Assembly: GCA_034505495.1 (NCBI GenBank)
Contig: JAPDQV010000003.1
Span: 44,240 to 108,239, forward strand
Origin: Candidatus Zhuqueibacterota bacterium
GTDB lineage: Bacteria; Zhuqueibacterota; Zhuqueibacteria; Residuimicrobiales; Krinioviventaceae
Direction: 5' to 3'
Length of the DNA stretch: 64,000 bases
Positions 48,307-58,358 of this stretch are shown one piece after another (the stretch's first letter is position 1; the number at the start of each line of letters is the position of its first letter). The position numbers were made by a program, and so were the translations under genes. The notes under the pieces are model-generated. The model searched no databases and was not told the DNA's origin. It worked only from the letters and a program-made list of their open reading frames with translations.

Positions 48307-48783
48307 ATGCCGAAAAATGAAATGACTTATTGCTTGCGGATACCCAGCCGCACGGACAACCTCGAGCTGATCCGCGAATTTGTCGCTCGTGTGGCCCGAA
48401 AGGTCGGCTTTGACGAGGACGATGTGGGCAAGATCGAGCTGGCCTGCGACGAGGCTTGTTCGAACGTCATTAAACACGCTTACGAGCAAAAGAACGGCAG
48501 TCAAAGCCTGGATGTTGTCATTCGCGTCGATTTGAAAAAACTGACCCTCATCGTCACCGACCATGGCAAAGGATTCGATCCTTCCAAGGTCATTGTTCCG
48601 GACATGAAGGAATATCTGGCGCAGCTCAAAGTCGGCGGACTGGGCATCTATTTAATGCGCACGCTGATGGATGAAGTCGATTACGACATCAAACCCGGCG
48701 TACGCAATCAGGTCAAGATGGTCAAGTATCTTATCGATAAAAAGAGCTCCAAGGTGGTAAAGGCCGACAGGAATGAGGAATGA
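48307..48783 (+). CDS. anti-sigma regulatory factor / Ser-Thr kinase (RsbW/SpoIIAB-like HATPase)
   Basis: GHKL ATPase N-box ELACDEACSNVIKHAY and G-boxes. Confidence 0.85.
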   Translation: MPKNEMTYCLRIPSRTDNLELIREFVARVARKVGFDEDDVGKIELACDEACSNVIKHAYEQKNGSQSLDVVIRVDLKKLTLIVTDHGKGFDPSKVIVPDMKEYLAQLKVGGLGIYLMRTLMDEVDYDIKPGVRNQVKMVKYLIDKKSSKVVKADRNEE

Positions 48784-50534
48784 TGCGCGCTCGATCGTCG
48801 GCTCGAAAACTCGATCTGCGCAGCGTGGAGCTGCGGTCGTTGATCGAACTCAGTCAGGTGCTCAACGCTTCGCTGGACGCCGATGCAGTGCTCAATACTT
48901 GCCTTCTCACGCCGATGGGACGAATGCTCATCAGCCGCGGCATGGCTTTGACTGCGGACGAAAACGGAAGTCTCGGCGTGCGCATCCTCAAAGGACTGCC
49001 CGCCTCTCTTGCCCAACAACGCTTTACATTTGAGTATGCATTTCGCACGCCGACCCGACTTGCTGAATTGCCGGACGATGTCTGCCGCTACAAGCCGTTT
49101 TTGCAAAGTCTCGGCATTGAGTTGGTGGTGCCGATGTGCTCGCCGAGCCGAATGGTCGGCGCCTTGTGCTTCGGCGGCAAAATGACCGGCAAACCGTTTT
49201 CCCCTCGCGAACTCGAATTTCTCAATTCGTTTTCCAACATTGCCGCCACGGCGCTGGAAAATGCCTTAATGTTCCAAAGCCTAATAACCGTCAACCGGCG
49301 CCTGGACCGCAAGGTGCATGAACTTAACACTTTGTTCGAGGTCGGTAAGGAACTGAACACGGCATTGGATCGGGAGAGGATTCTTGCCATTCTGCAGCAC
49401 ACGGTTATGGGACAAATGACGGTCAATAAATTGATCATGATCGAGGTAGGAGAAGATCAAACGATCGAATACCCCATCCTCAAGTGGCCGGAGCGAACCG
49501 AGTTGGACCGTATTCTGGCCGAGAAAGAGTTGATTTTGAGCTTGTCGGAATTGAACGAAGCGCGTCTTTTGACGGCTGAGGAACCGGCACATCGACTTTT
49601 GTTCGAGGCCGGCGTTCGTGCGGTCGTACCGATGCGGCTGCAGGAAGAAACACGGGCACTATTGCTGCTCGGCAAAAGGCTTTCGCGGCAAGAGTACGCG
49701 CAGGAGGATCTGGATTTCTTGTCTACACTCGGCAATCGCGTCATGGTATCGTTGGAAAACGTCAGGCTCTTCCAAGAGGCGCTGGAAAAGCAGCGGCTGG
49801 AAGAGGAGATGGCGATTGCCGAATCGATTCAGCAGCGGCTGCTGCCGCGCACTTTTCCCTCGCTGCACGGCATCGAGATTTACGGTCTCAATCAGCCCTC
49901 GCGAATGGTCGGCGGCGACTATTTCGACTGCATTCCGCTGAGCGACGGCCGCGTCGTTTTGGCCGTGGGAGACGTTTCCGGCAAAGGCCTCGGCGCGGCG
50001 CTGCTCATGTCGAACCTCCATGCCGGTTTGCATACGCTGCTGCAGTCCGGTTTGCCCATGAACGAGATGATCAAGCGGCTGAACGATCTGATCTATCGCC
50101 ACACCGATTTCGACAAGTTCATTACTTTTTTCTACGCCGAACTTGATCCGCAAAGCCGTCTGCTTCGCTATGTCAACGCCGGGCACAACCCGCCGATGCT
50201 TTGTCGCAGCGACGGCAGCATCGGACTGCTTACGGAAGGCGGCCTAATTCTCGGCATGCTGGAGGATGTCGATTATATGATCGGTCAAGTCGAACTGCGC
50301 AGCGGCGATCTGCTGGCGGCCTACACCGACGGGGTGACCGATGCGCGCAACAGCGCGGATGAACTCTTTGACGAGGATCGATTAGCGGAGCTGGTCAGGA
50401 CAGCGGCCCGCAGCGATCTGCGCGCCGACGAGTTGTGCACGCAAATCGTCAAGGCCGTCGAAGACTTTAGCGGCGATCTCCCCCAGGCAGACGACATCAC
50501 CCTGTTAATTGTAAAGGTCCAAGAAAAGACATGA
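48780..50534 (+). CDS. tandem GAF / PP2C (RsbU/SpoIIE-type) phosphatase
   Basis: Two GAF-like regions, then PP2C (GGDYFD..., GDVSGKGLGAALLM). Confidence 0.8.
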   Translation: MMRARSSARKLDLRSVELRSLIELSQVLNASLDADAVLNTCLLTPMGRMLISRGMALTADENGSLGVRILKGLPASLAQQRFTFEYAFRTPTRLAELPDDVCRYKPFLQSLGIELVVPMCSPSRMVGALCFGGKMTGKPFSPRELEFLNSFSNIAATALENALMFQSLITVNRRLDRKVHELNTLFEVGKELNTALDRERILAILQHTVMGQMTVNKLIMIEVGEDQTIEYPILKWPERTELDRILAEKELILSLSELNEARLLTAEEPAHRLLFEAGVRAVVPMRLQEETRALLLLGKRLSRQEYAQEDLDFLSTLGNRVMVSLENVRLFQEALEKQRLEEEMAIAESIQQRLLPRTFPSLHGIEIYGLNQPSRMVGGDYFDCIPLSDGRVVLAVGDVSGKGLGAALLMSNLHAGLHTLLQSGLPMNEMIKRLNDLIYRHTDFDKFITFFYAELDPQSRLLRYVNAGHNPPMLCRSDGSIGLLTEGGLILGMLEDVDYMIGQVELRSGDLLAAYTDGVTDARNSADELFDEDRLAELVRTAARSDLRADELCTQIVKAVEDFSGDLPQADDITLLIVKVQEKT

Positions 50535-51703
50535 ATGGAGTTAAGGCAAAACATTCGGCAGCGCGCATCCTTTTGGTGGATGACGATGCAAACAACCGAC
50601 GATATTATTTCAATGTGCTGAAACGGCAGGGCTATGAGCTCGACGAAGCCGCCTCCGGTGAAGAGGCGATCGAAAAGATTCGCGGCAACGATTACGACGT
50701 GGTGGTCAGCGACCTGCAAATGTATCAGTTGAGCGGCTTGGACGTGTTGGAAGCCGCCAAGGCAAGGGATCCGTTCACGCAGGTCCTGATCATGACCGGT
50801 TACGGCAGCATTCCCACGGCCGTTCTGGCGATGCAGCAGGGCGCGTTCGATTATCTTTCCAAGCCGGTACAAAAGGACGCTTTGGTTCTGCGCGTTCAGC
50901 GGGCGTTGCGCGAACGGGCGCTGCGTCTGCAGTTGAAAGAACAGCAGGAGCGCATCGAGGCGCACAACCGCATGATCGAGCGCGACCTCGAGCTGGCGCA
51001 AAAGGTGCAGGCCAGCCTGGTGCCGTCGGATTTCGAGAATGAGCGATACGCCGTAGCCATTCACTATGAACCAATGATCGGAATCGGCGGCGATTTTTGC
51101 AACGTCATGCCGTTCGACGAGGATCGATTTATCGTCAACATGGTCGATGTAACCGGACATGGTATTGCAGCTGCGCTGCTTGTCAACCGAGTATGGAATG
51201 AGTTAGAGTCCGTGCTGCATCGGCAGCCGTCGCCGGCAGAGGTGCTGAGGCAGATCAATGACTTTTTTTATGCGACGTTTTCGAAAATGGGGCTTTTTAT
51301 GACCATCTTTGCTTTGGTCGTCGATCTGCGTAAAATGGAGGTGACCTATGCCGGCGGCGCCCACCCTGCAGCGCTCGTTGCCAATGCGAACCGTCCAACT
51401 CTTCGCGAGTTGCCTTCGGACAATTTGATCATCGGATTTATGCCTTCGGATCGGGTCAAATTTTTCGAAGCCTCGGCGCCGCTGGAGCACGGCGACCGTA
51501 TTGCCGTTTATACCGACGGCATTCTGGAGGCGGAAAGCGAAAAAGGCTGTTGTTACAGCATGCAGCGGCTCAAGGAAACGTTTGCCGCTCATCGCGCTGA
51601 GCCGGCGGCCGTCGCCTGCCGCAGCATCGTCGAAGACGTCAAGGCATTCAGCGGCGGCGTTTTGCGCGACGATGTGATGCTGATGTTGATCGAAATCAAA
51701 TGA
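50531..51703 (+). CDS. response regulator receiver / PP2C phosphatase
   Basis: Canonical REC (LLVDDD..., VVSDLQM, LSKP) fused to a PP2C domain. Confidence 0.85.
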   Translation: MNGVKAKHSAARILLVDDDANNRRYYFNVLKRQGYELDEAASGEEAIEKIRGNDYDVVVSDLQMYQLSGLDVLEAAKARDPFTQVLIMTGYGSIPTAVLAMQQGAFDYLSKPVQKDALVLRVQRALRERALRLQLKEQQERIEAHNRMIERDLELAQKVQASLVPSDFENERYAVAIHYEPMIGIGGDFCNVMPFDEDRFIVNMVDVTGHGIAAALLVNRVWNELESVLHRQPSPAEVLRQINDFFYATFSKMGLFMTIFALVVDLRKMEVTYAGGAHPAALVANANRPTLRELPSDNLIIGFMPSDRVKFFEASAPLEHGDRIAVYTDGILEAESEKGCCYSMQRLKETFAAHRAEPAAVACRSIVEDVKAFSGGVLRDDVMLMLIEIK

Positions 51704-53139
51704 ACGTTATGAAACATACCAAGCAGAAAACAGCTCTGCTGTTCAATCCCTGGATCTACGACTTTGCCGCTTATGACTTTTGGATCAAGCCGATCGGTCT
51801 TTTGACCCTCGGCAGCCTGCTGAGGGCGAACGGCTGGACGGTGCAGCTGATCGACTGTTTGGATCGCTATCATCCCTTGACCGCCGGCAAAAGCAAGGAC
51901 AAAGGCGACGGCACCGGCAAGTTCATTCGACAGGAGATCGAAAAACCGGCGGTGCTGAAGGATGTGCCGCGCCGATTTTGCCGCTACGGTATGCCGCCGG
52001 ATCTCGTACGCAGCCTGCTTGAGAAAATCGAGCCGCCGGACCTTATTCTGGTTACCTCGGTGATGACTTATTGGTATCCGGCGGTCAGAGATGCCGTCCG
52101 GCTATTGCAAGAATATTTCCCGCAGGCTCATCTTATGCTCGGCGGCATTTACGCCACTCTATGTCCCGAGCATGCTGCAGCCGTGCAGCCCGACGAACTG
52201 GTGACCGGCGAGGGAGAGCTTGCCGTCATGCGCCGTGCCGCCCGGATTGCCGGAGAAGATGCTGATTTTTCATTTCACAGCTTAGACGACCTTCCCTTTC
52301 CGGCTCTCGATCTTTATCCGGTTTTGGTTTCCGCGCCGCTGCTCACTTCGCGCGGTTGTCCCAATCGCTGCAGCTTTTGCGCCTCGCCGATTCTTTGCCC
52401 CGCTTATCGCCGTCGATCGCCTGAAAACGTTCTCGCAGAGATCGAACTGCTGTACGCACGCGGCGTGAGTCAGTTTGCTTTTTTCGACGATGCGCTTCTT
52501 CACCAGGCGGAACGGTATATCAAACCGATTTTGCGTCAGGTCATCGAACGTCGTTGGCGCCTCCATTTCCACACGCCGAACGGTCTGACGCCGCGTTTTA
52601 TCGACGAAGAGTTGGCGCACCTCTTTCGGGCCGCCGGTGTGGAGACGATTCGACTGAGCTTCGAAACGGCTAATCCGGAGCGATGGCGGGCTATGTCCGG
52701 CAAAGTGAGCATCGAGGATCTGCGCCGAGCCTTGGCCAATCTCGAAGCCGCCGGCTACGATCGCCGTGAGATCGGTGTGTATCTGCTGATGGGTCTGCCG
52801 GATCAGTTGCCGGAAGAATTTCGCGAAAGCGCTCGGTTGGTGCACGATCTTGGGGCGCGCCTTTATCCGGCATCCTTTTCGCCCATTCCAGGAACCTCGG
52901 ATTGGCGAAAATCTGTTGCGTCCGGCTTATGGGACCCTCAGGCCGATCTGCTGCTTACCAATACAACCCTTTTCCCGCTTTGGCGGAAGCTTTACAGTTG
53001 GTCATTCTGCAACGAGCTGATGGAATGGACTCACGATCTCAACCGTCGCCTTGACAAAACGATCGACGATGAAAAACGCAGCCGACCGGCCGACGGCGAA
53101 GCAATGCTTTGTGATGTTCCGGAATCTTTTCTATTTTGA
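51700..53139 (+). CDS. B12-binding-domain radical SAM protein
   Basis: N-terminal B12-binding-like Rossmann domain, CPNRCSFC (CxxxCxxC) cluster motif and elongated rSAM core. 4-nt overlaps on both sides. Confidence 0.75.
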   Translation: MNVMKHTKQKTALLFNPWIYDFAAYDFWIKPIGLLTLGSLLRANGWTVQLIDCLDRYHPLTAGKSKDKGDGTGKFIRQEIEKPAVLKDVPRRFCRYGMPPDLVRSLLEKIEPPDLILVTSVMTYWYPAVRDAVRLLQEYFPQAHLMLGGIYATLCPEHAAAVQPDELVTGEGELAVMRRAARIAGEDADFSFHSLDDLPFPALDLYPVLVSAPLLTSRGCPNRCSFCASPILCPAYRRRSPENVLAEIELLYARGVSQFAFFDDALLHQAERYIKPILRQVIERRWRLHFHTPNGLTPRFIDEELAHLFRAAGVETIRLSFETANPERWRAMSGKVSIEDLRRALANLEAAGYDRREIGVYLLMGLPDQLPEEFRESARLVHDLGARLYPASFSPIPGTSDWRKSVASGLWDPQADLLLTNTTLFPLWRKLYSWSFCNELMEWTHDLNRRLDKTIDDEKRSRPADGEAMLCDVPESFLF

Positions 53140-53145
53140 CCGGCA

Positions 53146-55152
53146 ATGAGAGTCGGAGACGAAATTCGTTTGAACCGCATTTGGGTAAAATTGTCGGCCG
53201 TCATTACCCTGCTGGTTTTACTGCTGATGATTGTGGTCTTTCGCTTGATCACCCTGCGTCAGATCAAGACTGAGCGCGATCAGCTGCGCGATCATATGGA
53301 GCGGATTGCCATGCAGATCGCCTCGATTCGGCTGACTTCGGCGGACGATCTTCTCATTTATCAGGAATGGATCAAGGGTATCCTCGACTCGCCCGCCGGT
53401 AAGGATATCGTGTACATTGCCATTTATGACCGTAACCGCCGACTTTTCGCATACGCTCTCAATCCGCAGTATCTGGACGTTCCCTCTCCGCAGTTGCTGA
53501 CGCCGGAGGATGAGGTCGACATCATTCAGCGGCTCAGCCGCGGCGAGGTGGCGGAGGAAAGCTGGAACGACTTTGATCACGTGCCGGTGGAGATACGCAC
53601 CGGCCGGCTCGATCTCGGCCGCGTCGACGTCGGCTTTTCTCTGATCGATTTCAACAATCGAGCGCGCAGAAATCTGCTCATTAACGTCTATATTTTGGCC
53701 GGCGCCTTTGCGGCCGTAGCCGGTCTGTCGATCCTTATCGGTCGACGCATCACGCAGCCGCTTGAACGACTCTCCGCCGCCATGCTGGATGTTTCGCACG
53801 GCAACCTCGACGTGCGCGTATCGATCAAAAGCCGCGATGAGCTGGGCAAGCTGATCGACAGCTTTAATTATATGACGCTGCGGCTGCGGGAAAAACGGCA
53901 GATCGAAATGTTTTCCCAAGACCTCATGCTTTTTTTCGAACACGAAAAGCTGCTGCAGTTGGTGATCGAACGGATCGTGGGGTATCTGGGAGCCGACTAT
54001 GGTGCGTTGTTTCTGCTCGAAAACCGCGGTGAGACTACGGCAGCGGTCTCCCGCTGGAGTGCCCCGATTCCTCTGCAGGCGACAATCGAAGAAACGTTCG
54101 ATCAGGATTGCCTGTACCAAGTCGTCGGCCGACTGGAGCCGTTCTTTATCGATAAAAACCGCCATGCAGGAACCCTCCTGCGGCTTCAGGAGAGATTGAA
54201 AGAACGACTGGGCGCCGACCAATTCGTTTTAGCGTCGCCGATGGTCAGCCAGGGCGAGGTGCTCGGCTTTGTTCTGCTGTCGCACGAAACCGACGGCAGC
54301 CATTACGACGGCGACGAGCTGATGTTTTTACGTACGCTTTGCGGCCAAGCCGGTATGGCGGTCCGTAACAGCATGCTGCTCCGCGACTTGACCCTCCAAC
54401 AGCGACTGCAGAAAGAGCTCGAAATCGCCAGGCAGGTTCAAGCAGGCCTGCTGCCGGATCGGGAGCCGTGTTTGGACGGCCTGCAGTTGGCAGGCGCCTG
54501 TCTGCCCGCAGAAAAGGTGGGCGGCGATTACTATGACTATTTCGTTTTGGACGATCATCGCCTCGGCATAGCCGTGGCCGACGTTTCCGGCAAAGGCACT
54601 TCAGCAGCATTCTACATGGCCGAAATCAAGGGCATGATGTCGTCGATGACGCAGTTCATAACCTCACCCAAGGAATTGATGCGGCGTCTCAACCGGCTGT
54701 TATGCCGAACCGTCGATCGACGTATTTTTACCACCATGTTGTACGGCATAATCGATTTGGCGGCGGGCGAGTTTGTCTTTGTAAGAGCGGGGCACAATCC
54801 GTTGCTCGTGCGCCATGCGGATGGGACCGTCGATTTGCTCGTGCCGCGCGGCATGGCTTTGGGCTTGGCGGGCGATGAATTGTTTGACCGTTTTACGGAA
54901 GAGTATCGTCTGCCGCTCCGCGCCGGTGACATTCTTTTTATCTTTACCGATGGCCTTACGGACGCCAGGAACGCAACCAATGAGGAATTCGGCGAAGAGA
55001 GGCTGGCGGCTTGGCTGCGGGCGTGTGATGTTGCCGATCCGATGCATATCCGACAGCAAATCTTGCAAAAGATCGACGAATTCGCCGGCGGCGCCGTGCA
55101 GCATGACGACATCACCCTCGTGATTGCAGCCGTAGCTGCGAAAAAATCTTGA
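53146..55152 (+). CDS. membrane HAMP / GAF / PP2C phosphatase
   Basis: N-terminal TM, periplasmic-like segment, second TM and HAMP, GAF, then PP2C (GGDYYD..., DVSGKGTSAAFYMAEIKG). Confidence 0.8.
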   Translation: MRVGDEIRLNRIWVKLSAVITLLVLLLMIVVFRLITLRQIKTERDQLRDHMERIAMQIASIRLTSADDLLIYQEWIKGILDSPAGKDIVYIAIYDRNRRLFAYALNPQYLDVPSPQLLTPEDEVDIIQRLSRGEVAEESWNDFDHVPVEIRTGRLDLGRVDVGFSLIDFNNRARRNLLINVYILAGAFAAVAGLSILIGRRITQPLERLSAAMLDVSHGNLDVRVSIKSRDELGKLIDSFNYMTLRLREKRQIEMFSQDLMLFFEHEKLLQLVIERIVGYLGADYGALFLLENRGETTAAVSRWSAPIPLQATIEETFDQDCLYQVVGRLEPFFIDKNRHAGTLLRLQERLKERLGADQFVLASPMVSQGEVLGFVLLSHETDGSHYDGDELMFLRTLCGQAGMAVRNSMLLRDLTLQQRLQKELEIARQVQAGLLPDREPCLDGLQLAGACLPAEKVGGDYYDYFVLDDHRLGIAVADVSGKGTSAAFYMAEIKGMMSSMTQFITSPKELMRRLNRLLCRTVDRRIFTTMLYGIIDLAAGEFVFVRAGHNPLLVRHADGTVDLLVPRGMALGLAGDELFDRFTEEYRLPLRAGDILFIFTDGLTDARNATNEEFGEERLAAWLRACDVADPMHIRQQILQKIDEFAGGAVQHDDITLVIAAVAAKKS

Positions 55153-57713
55153 GATTCCCTATGTCGAACGGAACGAGACGAACGTTTGTCCTATTGGCGG
55201 CTCTTTTTTTGACCTGCGGCACCCAGGAAGAGCGCCGTATCCGGCTGAGCCGTCGGCCGTTGGACGTGCTGTCGCAGGAGCGCGTGCGCGCCGTCAGAAT
55301 TGCCGTGGAAGAGAAAAAGCGCCTTGCCATTCTGCCTTTAAAAAACGAAACGCCGGATGCCGCCCCGACTTGGCTTGGGCAGGGCTTGGCGGATATGCTT
55401 GCCCTCACTCTATCACAATCGAGGCAACTCAATCTTATCCCCAGCCGCACCGTCAACGACGTTTTGGCGCGCGCGAAACTCAAGCTCGAGGACTTGACCA
55501 CGGCGCCGCTGTGTCGTCGTGCCGCCGCCGAACTCCGCGCCGACGCCCTCATCAACGGCTGCTATCGATACGTCGGCGATTCCTTGATTGTCGAACTGAA
55601 TATATGGGACGGTCTGAGCGGCGAGCGTCTGGAAAAGTTAACCGCCGGCACCGGCAAGATCGACATCAAACCGCTCTTTCGCATGATTAATGCATCTGCC
55701 GGAAAAATCCGCAGCCTGATGGAAAGGCAGAAAAATGACGAACCGCCGATTCAGGAAAAGACGACGCCGTTGGTTACGACGCATTCTCTGGAAGCCTACC
55801 GTCTCTATACGGAAGGTGTGGCGCTGCTGGAAGGGTTTTCGATCGGCGAGGCGGCGTCCAAGTTCGCCCAAGCGGTGCAGCTCGATTCGACGTTTGCCTC
55901 GGCCTGCATGCGCCTGGCTCTCTGTCAGTTGATGGTCGGCCGGAAAAGCGAAGCAAAAGCCCTGCTGCGCCAAGCGCTGCGTCATTCGGCCCAGCTGCCC
56001 GAGCGCGAAAGGCTGCCGATTCTGGCCTTGAAAGCGCAAGTGGACGGCGACTATAATCAGGCTGTGCGTCTTTATGAGCAATACCTGGAATCTTTTCCCC
56101 AGGACGTTCAGGGTCATTACCAACTTGGCGAATACTATTTCAGCGTAGCCCGTGACTATCGCAGGGCAATCAGCTATTTAGAAACCGTCATCAGCCTCGA
56201 TCCCAATTACAAAAGCGCCTACAATCTGTTGACTTATTGTTATGCCATGATCGGCGAACTGGAGCGCGCTTTGGACGCTCTTGACCGCTATATTGAACTC
56301 GCCCCTAATGAGGCCAACCCCTATGACAGTTACGGTGAAATTCTTCACAGCGCCGGCCGGATCCAAGAGGCAACTGAAAAGTACCGAACAGCTTTGCGCA
56401 TCAATCCGGCGTTTGTCCCCGCTCAACTTCACCTTGCCGCGGCTTACTTGGACATGGGCAAAACGGGCAAAGCGCGCAGATTTCTGCAAAAGAAGGTGCT
56501 CAATCAGAAAGACGTTGCCGCCCGCCGAGGCGGATTCAAGCTTCAGGTACTGACCGAAATCGTCGCCGGCGACATTAACCGCGCGGAAAGGCTCCTGCGT
56601 TCCGTAGGATCGTCGAATCCGGAAGAACAGCTTTGGAGTACGTACGTTCTTTTGCTGCTTCGCCCGGATTCCCAAGAATACCGCCGCGACTTTGTCGAGC
56701 TGGTCGAAAAAGAGTCGGCGCGCATGGCCGATCCGGATTATGCGGCGGAAAGGTTGTTTCAGATCAGTTCTCTGGCTTTGGAACTCCAGATTGCCTTGCC
56801 GGAGGTGAGCCGTCTGCTCTATGAATATCTGCGCAGCCACTCCTCACCTTTGGCCATGCAGATTGTGCTTGCCTATGCGGGAGTGTTTCAACTTTACGGC
56901 ATTCCGTTCTCGGTTCAGGACGAACTTTTGCCGTCGATTCGATCCATGCCCGAAACGTTTCAAAGCTGGGGGCCTATACCGTGGGATTATTATTGGAAAT
57001 ACTTTTTTATCGGACTCGATCGCGCCTCTAAGCGCGGGATCGATGTACAGGCAGTAGCGGACGATCTGGCCGATTTTGCAGGGCGCAGCGGTAATCGGTC
57101 GATGCAGATGGAAAGCGTTCTGGCTCAGGCGGCCGCTGCGCATTTGCAAGGTCAAGCGGACAGAGCGAGGCAGATCCTTGCCCAAGCTGGGATGCCTGTG
57201 GAAAGCGATTGGCTCGTTCTCGGTCCCTTTGAGGTTCGGCGCGGCTTTTCGCAAACCTTTTGGCCCGAAAAGCACACGATGAACGAATGGTCGAAACTCG
57301 ATTTGCAGCCGATACCGCAGCCTGCCGCCGACAGCCGCTTTGACGGTTATATCGATTTACACGAAATATTTACGACCCGATTCAATCAGGCGGCGTATGC
57401 GATGCTGTACGTCTATTCGCCGACGTTGCGCAAGGCAGTGTTTGCCGTGGGGACTAATGCCCGACTTAAAGTCTGGTTGAACGATGAACCGCAGCGGATG
57501 ATCGTCCGCACCGCTCCTGCCGTGATCGATCAGGATTTTATTCCCATACGCTTAAAGCCGGGGTTGAACCACCTGCTGCTGCGCCTGGACGTTCCTTTCG
57601 GCGAGATCGGATTCTACGGTCGATTCCTCACCCCCTTCGGCGAGGCGATTACCGACTTGAAATTCGGCGAGCAGGCGACAGCCGCTGCCCGCGAAATGGA
57701 GCCTAGCGAATGA
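55149..57713 (+). CDS. large secreted TPR-repeat protein
   Basis: Signal peptide, then 854 aa dominated by TPR-like repeats. Confidence 0.6.
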   Translation: MRFPMSNGTRRTFVLLAALFLTCGTQEERRIRLSRRPLDVLSQERVRAVRIAVEEKKRLAILPLKNETPDAAPTWLGQGLADMLALTLSQSRQLNLIPSRTVNDVLARAKLKLEDLTTAPLCRRAAAELRADALINGCYRYVGDSLIVELNIWDGLSGERLEKLTAGTGKIDIKPLFRMINASAGKIRSLMERQKNDEPPIQEKTTPLVTTHSLEAYRLYTEGVALLEGFSIGEAASKFAQAVQLDSTFASACMRLALCQLMVGRKSEAKALLRQALRHSAQLPERERLPILALKAQVDGDYNQAVRLYEQYLESFPQDVQGHYQLGEYYFSVARDYRRAISYLETVISLDPNYKSAYNLLTYCYAMIGELERALDALDRYIELAPNEANPYDSYGEILHSAGRIQEATEKYRTALRINPAFVPAQLHLAAAYLDMGKTGKARRFLQKKVLNQKDVAARRGGFKLQVLTEIVAGDINRAERLLRSVGSSNPEEQLWSTYVLLLLRPDSQEYRRDFVELVEKESARMADPDYAAERLFQISSLALELQIALPEVSRLLYEYLRSHSSPLAMQIVLAYAGVFQLYGIPFSVQDELLPSIRSMPETFQSWGPIPWDYYWKYFFIGLDRASKRGIDVQAVADDLADFAGRSGNRSMQMESVLAQAAAAHLQGQADRARQILAQAGMPVESDWLVLGPFEVRRGFSQTFWPEKHTMNEWSKLDLQPIPQPAADSRFDGYIDLHEIFTTRFNQAAYAMLYVYSPTLRKAVFAVGTNARLKVWLNDEPQRMIVRTAPAVIDQDFIPIRLKPGLNHLLLRLDVPFGEIGFYGRFLTPFGEAITDLKFGEQATAAAREMEPSE

Positions 57714-58348
57714 ACGAACGGTACGAAAAAAAACCGCCTTTTTTTACGGCCGTGGCCGGCAATATCGGCGTCGGCAAGACGACGCTTACCCGCTTGGCTG
57801 CCGAACGACTCGGCCTCAGACCCTTTTTTGAGCGCGTCATCGATAATCCCTACCTGGACGATTTTTATCGCGATATGGCCCGTTGGAGCTTTAACCTGCA
57901 GATCTTTTTCCTCTCTAAGCGATTCATCGATCAGCGCAAAATTTCCGAGAGCAGAGAACCGTGCATCCAGGATCGATCCATTTATGAAGATGCCGAAATT
58001 TTTGCTTATATTCTGCACAAGCAGGGTTATATGAGCGATCGCGACTATCAAAACTATTGCGACCTGTTCGCTGTTATGACCGATTATCTGCGTAAACCGG
58101 ATTTGATCGTCTATCTGCGCGCCTCGACATGGACCCTGATTACTCGCATTCGCAAACGCGGTCGCGAGTTCGAAAAGCGCATTACCGTCGATTATCTGCA
58201 CGAACTGAACGAAGCGTATGAGCGTTGGATCAAAAAGGTGCAAAAGACGATGAACGTATTAACGGTCGATACCGACCGCTTCGATTTCGAAAACGATCCT
58301 GAGCAGTTAGATCAAGTGATCCGGCAGATCGCATCTTTCATCAACTGA
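57710..58348 (+). CDS. deoxynucleoside kinase
   Basis: P-loop GNIGVGKTT and dNK family layout. Confidence 0.8.
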   Translation: MNERYEKKPPFFTAVAGNIGVGKTTLTRLAAERLGLRPFFERVIDNPYLDDFYRDMARWSFNLQIFFLSKRFIDQRKISESREPCIQDRSIYEDAEIFAYILHKQGYMSDRDYQNYCDLFAVMTDYLRKPDLIVYLRASTWTLITRIRKRGREFEKRITVDYLHELNEAYERWIKKVQKTMNVLTVDTDRFDFENDPEQLDQVIRQIASFIN

Positions 58349-58358
58349 GAGGTGAGGT

